Positions 1-7,430 of a stretch of 64,000 bases of DNA are shown here, piece after piece. The position numbers and the translations under genes were made by a program. The notes under the pieces are model-generated. The model did no database searches. It was not told the DNA's origin and was given only the letters and a program-made list of their open reading frames with translations. This DNA is from Alphaproteobacteria bacterium (GTDB taxonomy: Bacteria > Pseudomonadota > Alphaproteobacteria > GCA-2731375): positions 352,001-416,000 of the forward strand of contig CBDDBZ010000036.1 in assembly GCA_965225945.1 (NCBI GenBank). The letters run 5' to 3'. The stretch's first letter is position 1. The number at the start of each line of letters is the position of its first letter.

Positions 1-537
1 AACGTCGAGGGCGCCGTCGTCGTTGACCTGGCGGGCGAGCACGAAGAGGTGGTCCGAGAGGCGATTGACATAGGCGATCGCCTGGGGGTTCAGGGTCTCG
101 AGTTTGGCCAGTGCCACCATCAAGCGCTCTGCCCGGCGGGTGATGGTGCGGGCCAGGTGCAGATTAGCGCCGGCCGGCGTGCCGCCCGGCAGGATGAAGG
201 AATCGAGCGGTCGTAGGCTTGCGTTGATCGAATCGATCTCGGCCTCCAGCCGCCCCACCTGGGCCTCGCCGATCCTGAGCGCGCCGGCCCTGCGGCTCGA
301 CTCCTCCGGCGTGCAAAGGTCGGCGCCGAGGTCGAACAGGTCGTTCTGGATCCGCGCCAGCATCTCGTCGGCCTCGCCATCGGTGTGGAGGCGCGCGAGG
401 CCGATCGCCGCGTTGGCCTCGTCGACGGTGCCGTAGGCGGCGACCCGAGGGCTATCCTTCGCCACCCTGGCGCCGTCGCCCAGGCTGGTCTCGCCGCCGT
501 CGCCGCCCCGGGTGTAAATCTTGGTCAGTCGAACCAT
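1..537 (-). CDS. cob(I)yrinic acid a,c-diamide adenosyltransferase, PduO type (3' end outside the window)
   Basis: Not in the ORF track. Manual translation from ATG 537 gives MVRLTKIYTRGGDGGETSLGDGARVAKDSPRVAAYGTVDEANAAIG...IQNDLFDLGADL, the PduO N-terminal TxxGDxGxT motif. Purine-rich RBS upstream. Confidence 0.93.
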   Translation of the reverse strand, partial: MVRLTKIYTRGGDGGETSLGDGARVAKDSPRVAAYGTVDEANAAIGLARLHTDGEADEMLARIQNDLFDLGADLCTPEESSRRAGALRIGEAQVGRLEAEIDSINASLRPLDSFILPGGTPAGANLHLARTITRRAERLMVALAKLETLNPQAIAYVNRLSDHLFVLARQVNDDGALDV

Positions 538-562
538 CCGCCACCTCCCCTCCTCACCGGCC

Positions 563-583
563 CTAGTGGATAGAATCCACTAG
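563..583. repeat. perfect 21-bp inverted repeat CTAGTGGAT-AGA-ATCCACTAG
   Basis: 9-bp arms, 3-nt loop, CTAG at both ends; directly abuts the IS1182 copy. Confidence 0.9.
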
Positions 584-598
584 CAGCCTGTCGGACTG

Positions 599-1140
599 AG
601 GTCCGCGAGAAGGGGTGTGGACGGATCGGGATGTGGAGAGGTCATGGGTTCGGGCATCTTTCGTGAGGACATGGCGTCCGGCCGCTTGCTCGCGTGTATC
701 GCGAGGCGAGCATACACTTTAGGCCCTTTCGCGAGGACACGGAGTTGGGCCGCTTGCTCACGCGTATTGCAGGGTGAACATTCTTTTGATGTTCCAAGCC
801 AGGGTCACCAAGTTCCATTCGCCCCTGACCTTGTCCAGGCCGCGTAGCGAGAACTGGCGGAAGCCCATCAGGTCCGCGAGAAGGGGTGTGGACGGATCGG
901 GATGTGGAGAGGTCATGGGTTCGGGCATCTTTCGTGAGGACATGGCGTCCGGCCGCTTGCTCGCGTGTATCGCGAGGCGAGCATACACTTTAGGCCCTTT
1001 CGCGAGGACACGGAGTTGGGCCGCTTGCTCACGCGTATTGCAGGGTGAACATTCTTTTGATGTTCCAAGCCAGGGTCACCAAGTTCCATTCGCCCCTGAC
1101 CTTGTCCAGGCCGCGTAGCGAGAACTGGCGGAAGCCCATC
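599..1140. repeat. 271-bp tandem duplication of the IS 3' region (599-869 / 870-1140)
   Basis: Direct comparison of the two units; absent from IS copy 2. Confidence 0.95.
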
Positions 1141-2324
1141 ACCGATTTGATGATGCCGAACACCGGTTCCGGCGTTTGCTTGCGCAGGGCGTAGAGTTGC
1201 CGGCCCTCGGGCGAGGCCAGTCGATGGCGCATCGCTTCCAGCGGCGTCGGGTTCTCCGGGGGCGGCGGTGCTCCGGCGAAGCGGTCCTTCCAGGAGAGAT
1301 GATGGTGCTCCCGAGCGGGCGCGATCAGCGGCGCGATCCCGGCCTCGGCGCAGGCCTTCACGTTGGCCTCGCTGAAGTAGCCGCTGTCCGCCAGCAGGGT
1401 CTCGGGCGCGCCCAGCGCCTCGGAGAGCCGCTCGAGCGCTTCCAGCGCCGGCTCGATGTGTTGCTTGTCGTTGGGGGCCTGGACCACATCGTTGGTGACC
1501 ACCAGCAGGCTGTCGACCGCCACCGTGGCCTGGGCGTTGTAAGACTGTTCGAAGCCACCGCCGGCCACCGGCGGCTTGGGCGGACGGCCGCCCGGCTTGC
1601 GGCCCGTCTTCTCGGCCTTCTCCGCGCGCGCCTGGAGCTTCGCCTCGTACTCGGCCCGCTCCCGCTCATGGCGTTCGCGCGCCCGCGCCTCGATCGCCGC
1701 CTTGGCCTCGGCGATGCGGGCCAGACGATCCTCGCGCCGGGCCAGTTCTTCCGGTACCGACATCCCGTCCGGCACATCCGCCGCATCGGCCGCCTCCGCC
1801 AGCCTCATCAGTTCCACCACCTCGGCCTTCAACCGGGCTTCGATCTCGCAGGCGTGTTTCCACGACAAGGCACTGTGGCGGCTCGCGTTGGCATGCACCT
1901 TGGTGCCGTCCAGCGCCACCGTGCCCAGCTTCAGCAGCCCGGTTTCCCGAGCCAGCAGCAGCACCTCGACGAACAGCCCTGCGATCGAAACGAGAAAGCG
2001 CCGCCGGAAGCTGGCGATGGTGTCGTGGTCGGGATGGTCGTTGGCGGCGATGAAGCGGAAGGCCACCGAATCATAGGTCGCGCGCTCCAGCTTGCGGCTC
2101 GAAAACACTCCCGTGGCGTAGCCGTAGACCAGAAGCCCCAGCAGCACGCTCGGGTGATAGGACGCCGAGCCCGAGCCGCGATAGGCCTTCACGAACGCCG
2201 AGAGGTCCAACTGCTCGATCACCTCGACCACGAAGCGCGCCAGATGCCGCTCGGGAAGCCATTCATCCACCGACGGCGGCAGCAGAAACCCCGTCTCGCG
2301 GTCCACCGCTCGGAAGTTGCTCAT
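1029..2324 (-). CDS. IS1182-family DDE transposase
   Basis: N-terminal LLPPSVDEWLP..H / YGYATGVFSSR..ER / PDHDTIA domain, and ALDGTK, LADSGY, PEPVFG DDE motifs. Start taken at MSNF after GGAGG. Confidence 0.92.
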   Translation of the reverse strand: MSNFRAVDRETGFLLPPSVDEWLPERHLARFVVEVIEQLDLSAFVKAYRGSGSASYHPSVLLGLLVYGYATGVFSSRKLERATYDSVAFRFIAANDHPDHDTIASFRRRFLVSIAGLFVEVLLLARETGLLKLGTVALDGTKVHANASRHSALSWKHACEIEARLKAEVVELMRLAEAADAADVPDGMSVPEELARREDRLARIAEAKAAIEARARERHERERAEYEAKLQARAEKAEKTGRKPGGRPPKPPVAGGGFEQSYNAQATVAVDSLLVVTNDVVQAPNDKQHIEPALEALERLSEALGAPETLLADSGYFSEANVKACAEAGIAPLIAPAREHHHLSWKDRFAGAPPPPENPTPLEAMRHRLASPEGRQLYALRKQTPEPVFGIIKSVMGFRQFSLRGLDKVRGEWNLVTLAWNIKRMFTLQYA

Positions 2325-2404
2325 CACGGCCTCCATCAATCGCGGGCGAATCAACCGATGCCATCGAATCAGATCACACCCCTCGGCTCAAGTCCGACAG
2401 GCTG

Positions 2405-2593
2405 CTAGAGCAGGAACAACAGCACGAACAGGACGACGGCGGCGAATTGCAGGCCGATCCGCCAGCGCATCAGCTTGTTAGACCGGATCCGGCCGGCCTC
2501 GCCCCCCTTGCCCATGGTGAGGACGCCGGCCAGCAAGACCGCGACGACGGCGACCAGGGTGACGACGATCGCCGCTTTCAGGAGCCAGCTCAT
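2405..2593 (-). CDS. twin-transmembrane-helix small protein (HIG1-domain like)
   Basis: 62 aa, two TM helices around SNKLMRWRIGLQ. Usual neighbour of the PduO gene in alphaproteobacteria. Its stop codon lies in the IS target CTAG. Confidence 0.88.
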   Translation of the reverse strand: MSWLLKAAIVVTLVAVVAVLLAGVLTMGKGGEAGRIRSNKLMRWRIGLQFAAVVLFVLLFLL

Positions 2594-2815
2594 GGCACCG
2601 ATTTAGCACCCAACGGGTTATCCGTCGCGACGCGTGCGCGTAGCATGGCCCGGCCGGCCCGCTCCCGGTCTTCTCCCCTGGCCAAACCACCCGAGCGTCC
2701 CGGCTGGGCCAGGCGGCGCGTCGGGCCTCCCGCTCCTGGGTGGTTGGGCGGGGGAGTGGGAGGCCCGGCGGGCCGCGCGAGCGGCCATCGACAAAGAGCG
2801 CGTCGGGCCTCCCGC

Positions 2816-3610
2816 TCAGCCGTGCGGGCGGACGCTCTTCCAGTATTTGTGGTTCAGCAGCGACATCAGGTGATCGTGGCGGTACTGCAAGCACTCGCGC
2901 AGGGAAAACACGTCGCCGTCGTCGAGCTTGTCCCGGCATCCTTCCAGGCCGTCGGCGGCGATCTCGCGACCCGCCTCGGCGATACCCGATGGCGCCTCGG
3001 CGAGGGCCCGCGTCCAGAGGGTCTCTCGTGCCCTCGCCCCGGCCTTGCGGCCTTCGGGCAACGCGTTGATCAGATAGCTCAAGAGGCGAACGCCCTGGGT
3101 CCGCTCGCCGGCGTGCTCGACGATCTCCTCGCCGAGCAAGCGATTGGGGCCGAGCGCCGTGGCGATCTGCTCGGGCTCATGGCGCCGGTGGTGGCTGGGA
3201 AGTGGCTTCGGGATCAGCGCGACGCGGCGCCCGATCTCGATGCCGAGCCGCTCGGCGCCGAGCGCGCGGCGCAGGCTTTCGGGCACCGAAACGCGGACGG
3301 CGGCATAGCCGCGCTGGCTGACGTAGCGCGCCTCGGGCGGCGAGGGCAGGCGCCGCGTGGTCCCGTCCGGCGCCGTCGCGACCAAGGTGATCAGGGCGCC
3401 CTCGGCCGGCAGATAGAGGCTGGCATGGCTGGGGCTGGCCCGTCTCGGTTCCATGCAGAACGAGCTGAACTCGGCGTAACACTCCGCGCCATCGCAACTG
3501 AGCGGCTTGGCGCCCTCGGTCTGGACCAGCGCCAGAATCTGGGGCGCGGCGGTGGCGCCGGCCAGCGGCGCCAGGGCGAGCGCGAACGCGGCGGCGATAC
3601 GAAGCGACAT
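2816..3610 (-). CDS. hypothetical exported protein with several Cys
   Basis: Signal-peptide-like MSLRIAAAFALALAPLAGATAA after an AGGAGA RBS; CDGAEC..FC and C-terminal Cys residues. Confidence 0.7.
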   Translation of the reverse strand: MSLRIAAAFALALAPLAGATAAPQILALVQTEGAKPLSCDGAECYAEFSSFCMEPRRASPSHASLYLPAEGALITLVATAPDGTTRRLPSPPEARYVSQRGYAAVRVSVPESLRRALGAERLGIEIGRRVALIPKPLPSHHRRHEPEQIATALGPNRLLGEEIVEHAGERTQGVRLLSYLINALPEGRKAGARARETLWTRALAEAPSGIAEAGREIAADGLEGCRDKLDDGDVFSLRECLQYRHDHLMSLLNHKYWKSVRPHG

Positions 3611-3744
3611 GACGAGGTCTCCTCTCCTCGGAGACGGGCGCCGCTCGGGGCCCGAGTGGTCGACCCGCCGGCCGCCCGTCCCCGGGTGGCCCGGCGTCCC
3701 GCCTCGACTGTCACTAAGTGTCGCAGAGTCCCGCCGCCTCGGCA

Positions 3745-3808
3745 AGCCTCGCCACCGCACAGCCTCGCCACCGCACAGCCTCGCCACCGCACGGCCTCGC
3801 CGCCGCAC
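3745..3808. repeat. 16-bp tandem repeat (AGCCTCGCCACCGCAC) x4, last copy degenerate
   Basis: Read directly; lies between divergent genes. Confidence 0.9.
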
Positions 3809-3891
3809 TGCCGGCGCCGGCCCCTTGTCGGCACGCGCCGGTGGCCTATCTTGCATCGGCACCGCCGCATTTCGGCGAGGGGAGGCCAGCC

Positions 3892-4254
3892 ATGTCTGAT
3901 TTGTCCGCACTACACTCGCTCGGCGCGCTGCCCGGCCGGGTCACTCTGGCGGAGGCGACGGGCGCGCCGATTCCCGAGGGCCAGCGCTCCGCGCTGCTGA
4001 TGCGTCACGGCTCGATGACGCTCCGCTATTACGCGCCGCGCGGCACCGATCCGCAGACGCCGCACGAGCAGGACGAGATCTACCTCGTCGCCTCCGGCAC
4101 CGGCAGCTTCGTCAACGGCGCCGAGCGCGTGACCTTCGGCCCGGGCGACGTGCTCTTCGTGCCAGCGCGCAGCGAGCACCGTTTCGAGGATTTCAGCGAC
4201 GATCTCGGCCTCTGGGTCGTGTTCTGGGGTCCGGCCGGCGGCGAGGCGGGATAA
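3892..4254 (+). CDS. cupin-domain protein
   Basis: QTPHEQDEIY...GDVLFVPARSEHRF cupin motifs; GGAGG RBS. Confidence 0.85.
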   Translation: MSDLSALHSLGALPGRVTLAEATGAPIPEGQRSALLMRHGSMTLRYYAPRGTDPQTPHEQDEIYLVASGTGSFVNGAERVTFGPGDVLFVPARSEHRFEDFSDDLGLWVVFWGPAGGEAG

Positions 4255-4395
4255 ACCCCACTATCGCAACGGATTATATGGAACAGGCGGGCGCCTGGTT
4301 CCGGAGAAGTCACCACTAAGTCACCAAGTGACATCATTTCGAGGCGGAATCGTCCGTCCCGAAGCGATCGACAGCGAGCCGCGCGAGGTGACGAC

Positions 4396-4566
4396 ATGCC
4401 CGCTTCCGAACCGTTCTTCGTCGACCGGATCTCGATACTGACGCCACCCGGCTTCCAGGACCAGGTTCGAGAGGCCGCCCGCCAGGAAGGCCAAACCGCC
4501 TCCGAGTTCATCCGCTCCGCCATCCGCGACAAGCTGCGCACCGTCGAGCAGCCCGAGGCCGGCTGA
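4396..4566 (+). CDS. small ribbon-helix-helix (CopG-like) protein, 56 aa
   Basis: Below the ORF-track cutoff. MPASEPFFVDRISILTPPGFQDQVREAARQEGQTASEFIRSAIRDKL...; GAGGTG RBS; the G-x-T/S-x-SE-x-IR-x-A pattern of RHH proteins. Confidence 0.7.
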   Translation: MPASEPFFVDRISILTPPGFQDQVREAARQEGQTASEFIRSAIRDKLRTVEQPEAG

Positions 4567-4693
4567 TGGCCGCCACCACCACATCCCTCCGCGCCCGGCG
4601 CTCCCGTGAGAAGGGCGCCGAGCGCGAGGTGGTGCACCTGCACACGGCCATGGGCATCCGTGCCGATCGTGGTGCAGGTCAAAAGACAGGCCG

Positions 4694-4954
4694 ATGACCA
4701 ACGATCAGCAGCTTTCTCCGGGCGCCATCCGCAGTCGCCGGTTGCGCGAGCGCCGACGAAACGGTTGGACGAGAGTGATCGCCGTCGAGGTCAGCGCGAT
4801 GGACGCGGTGGCGCTCCGAGGGGCGGGGTTCCTCAGGCCAGGCGAGTCGGCCGTTGACGCCCTTCCGAAGGCACTGCGGCGTTGTATCGATTTGGTGATG
4901 TATCGCACCCGGTTCCTTGGACACAAGTTTGTCTCATGCGGCGGGCCTGAGTGA
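4694..4954 (+). CDS. small phage-type hypothetical protein, 3' end replaced by IS insertion
   Basis: Removing the IS restores ...CIDLVTRSR* ending at 6346, just before terS. Basic RSRRLRERRR helix. Confidence 0.55.
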   Translation: MTNDQQLSPGAIRSRRLRERRRNGWTRVIAVEVSAMDAVALRGAGFLRPGESAVDALPKALRRCIDLVMYRTRFLGHKFVSCGGPE

Positions 4955-5845
4955 CATCGCGGTGTGCCACGCCTGACGAGCTTGAGCGGGGCTCAGGTAG
5001 CCGTTCTTCTCCACGATCCACTGGGCATTGTACTGTTCGACGAACCCGCGGACGGCGTTCCGCAGCTCCGCGATGTTGCGGTAGATGCGGCCATGGATGA
5101 TCTGTTCCTTGAGCGTGCGATTGAACCTCTCGGCGACGCCGTTGGTCTGGGGCTGTTCGACGAAGGCGTAGGACGGCTGGATGCCCCAGAACTTGATCTG
5201 GTTGGTGAAGTGGTCCGACAGATACTGGGAGCCGTGATCCATCCGCAAGGCCAGCCCCCGCGCCGCACCGGCGGAGGTCGAGGCATACAGCCTCGCAAGC
5301 CCCATGGAGATCGGCTGAAGGGCGGCGAAGCGGTCGCCTCGCTTGCACACATGCCAGCCGACGCACTCGGCGTTCCAATGCTCGATGGCGGTGAATATCC
5401 AGCCCCAGCCGTCGTCCACCGTGAACACCCGAACGCCGTCCGTGCCCCACATGAGGTTGGGGGCATGGGTGATGATCTCACCGACATGGGGATTTCCGCC
5501 ACGGCGGCGGCAGCGATGGGGCGAGAGCAGGTTGTTCTCGCGCATCACCCGGAGCACCCGCTTGCGGGAAACACGGATGCCACGACAGACCCGAAGCCGA
5601 GCCCAGACCTTGCGGTGTCCCTCGCCCTCCCAGGGGGATGCCTCCAGGTCGGCCTCGATGGCCACCAGCAGAGCCTCGTCCGAGATCGAGGGCTTCGGTC
5701 CCCGGCGCTTTGCTGGTGGGCGCTCAGCGGTGGCCTGCTGCCGGGATTTCATGGCGTAGAACGAGGAACGGGCAAAACCCCAGGCCGCACAGACCCGCTG
5801 GAGGCCGTAGGCCAAACCCGTGCCGGGAGAGGTGGCGGCACTCAT
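4934..5845 (-). CDS. transposase OrfB (rve integrase core)
   Basis: WGTD, MDHGSQY, PQTNGVAERFNRTLKE DDE motifs. Confidence 0.92.
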   Translation of the reverse strand: MSAATSPGTGLAYGLQRVCAAWGFARSSFYAMKSRQQATAERPPAKRRGPKPSISDEALLVAIEADLEASPWEGEGHRKVWARLRVCRGIRVSRKRVLRVMRENNLLSPHRCRRRGGNPHVGEIITHAPNLMWGTDGVRVFTVDDGWGWIFTAIEHWNAECVGWHVCKRGDRFAALQPISMGLARLYASTSAGAARGLALRMDHGSQYLSDHFTNQIKFWGIQPSYAFVEQPQTNGVAERFNRTLKEQIIHGRIYRNIAELRNAVRGFVEQYNAQWIVEKNGYLSPAQARQAWHTAMSLRPAA

Positions 5846-6273
5846 CGCCGCGACCTCCGCCGCCCCAAAGGGCCGGACGTCTCCGTCTTGGCCTCCAGCA
5901 GTTCCACCTGCATGATCAACTCCCCGATCCGCTTCATGGCGATGTCCAGTTCCGCCTTTACCGGATCGCCCTTGCGTTCCTTGAGCGAGGCATCGATCCC
6001 GGCGATCGCCTTCTCACGCCACTGCTCGAGCCGGAAAATCTCCACGCCCAACTGCCGCGACAAAAGTTCCACCGGCTCGCCACGCAAAAGCCGCAGGGCA
6101 ACCTCACGCTTGCGCGTCACCGTCCACCGCTGGCCAAGTCCCAGCGGGCCTGCCGGCGAAACCTGGCCCGGGGAAAACGTGGACGAGCCAAGCTCGCCCT
6201 CGTTTACCACAGGCCCATCAACAGCAACTTTGTTCTCAAAATTGTCGGTCATCTTCCGGTCCTCCTTGGACAC
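5842..6273 (-). CDS. transposase OrfA (HTH)
   Basis: RWTVTRKREVALRLLRGE...LEQWR HTH plus coiled coil; ATGA overlap with orfB. Confidence 0.85.
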   Translation of the reverse strand: MSKEDRKMTDNFENKVAVDGPVVNEGELGSSTFSPGQVSPAGPLGLGQRWTVTRKREVALRLLRGEPVELLSRQLGVEIFRLEQWREKAIAGIDASLKERKGDPVKAELDIAMKRIGELIMQVELLEAKTETSGPLGRRRSRR

Positions 6274-6359
6274 TTCGATTAAGCCAATTCTGTGTCCAAG
6301 GAAATTGGGTCCGACTCATATCGATTTGGTGACGCGTTCCCGTTGAGCACGAGGACAGC

Positions 6360-6999
6360 ATGACTAAGCCAATTACTGACCGCCCCCTGAAACAAGCAGG
6401 CCGCAAGCCCATGGACTACGACGAGAGAATCGCCGGCGAGGTGTGCGAGCGCCTATCGCAAGGCGAGACCCTGCGCGCAATATGCGAAGACCCAGCCTTG
6501 CCGTCCCATCAGACAATCTATCGGTGGGTGGCTGCCACGCCCACATTCAGGGCCGCATACGCGCGCGCGCGAAGCTCAGATGGAGACATGGGCCGACGAC
6601 CTGATAGAGATCGCCGACGACGCTTCGGGTGACTACATCGACCGGGTGGCGGCGGACGGCACAATTGAGCACGTCGTCGACCCTGAAACCGTGCAGAGAT
6701 CCAAACTGCGGATGGACGCTCGTAAGTGGATCATGGCGAGACTCGCGGCCAGGACATACGGCGACAAGCTGGACCTGAACCTGAGCGCCACCGTCGAGGT
6801 CGGGGCGCTGAGCGACGCCGAGCTTGAAGCGCGCACCAAGGCCCGGCTGAAGGCCCTGGGCGTCGAAATAGCCGGGCCGTTGCTACGCGGAAGGGCCGAC
6901 GCTACCGGCGCCTGGCGAGGCCGAGGACGACGACGAGGACGACGACAGTTAGTGTGGAGCTATTCCGCCTTTGCCAGTGAAGCCGAAAACGTAGGATAA
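6360..6999 (+). pseudogene. phage terminase small subunit (Sf6/P22-like), frameshifted
   Basis: CERLSQGETLRAIC...TIYRW...AYARAR in one frame and ADDLIEIADD...SKLRMDARKWIMARL...YGDK in another. The shift maps to (GC)5 at 6561-6570. Confidence 0.85.
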
Positions 7000-7430
7000 T
7001 TATTGGCGCGGTGCAACAAACCGGGAGAATAACGCAAGAATGGCGGTTTTCCGGGCTTTCCCTGAACCCATAATTTTCGTTATGACAAATTGAAGGCAGA
7101 AACCGGCGGTTTTCCGCCGTCCCTATCTGACGTTACAGCCGCACTATCCGACGTTGGATTACTTCGCTATTCCGTCGTAATGACGGCAAGGGGGGGCCAT
7201 TGAATAGGGGTCCCGGCCCGAAAAGCCGAGTCGCCGACCCCCACCATGCCGCCCCGAGCGCGACCCCACCCCCGCCTCACGTATTTATCCCCACCCTCCT
7301 CCCGGTCGGCGAATTTTCACCGCCAAGAAAAGCGACGTTAAAGTTAAGTAGTGTCTTATAGATCAGTTTTCAGGGTAGACCATCGGCAAGCGGCCGTCGT
7401 CTCGGCCAGGGTGGCAATCCGACCCGCTAG

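Larger units (their letters stand above)
584..2404 (-). mobile_element. IS1182-family insertion sequence, copy 1 (1550 bp plus a 271-bp internal duplication)
   Basis: Terminal IR CAGCCTGTCGGACT at 584 and its complement ending at 2404. CTAG on both flanks (580-583, 2405-2408). Near-identical to 7431-8980. Confidence 0.93.
4899..6318 (-). mobile_element. two-ORF IS3-like insertion sequence, 1420 bp, with 14-bp target duplication
   Basis: TG...CA ends with imperfect IRs (TGTATCGCACCCGGTTCCTTGGACACA / TGAGTCGGACCCAATTTCCTTGGACACA). TATCGATTTGGTGA at 4885-4898 and 6319-6332. Confidence 0.92.

Noticed and set aside
758-988. 76-aa ORF ending like the transposase
   Set aside because: Chimera created by the 271-bp duplication.
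1176-2408. Long antisense ORFs over IS1182 (also 7427-8659, and over IS630, IS256 and core genes)
   Set aside because: Typical shadow ORFs of high-GC coding DNA; no motifs.
3745-3808. Possible CRISPR array
   Set aside because: Contiguous 16-bp units with no spacers and no cas genes in the window.
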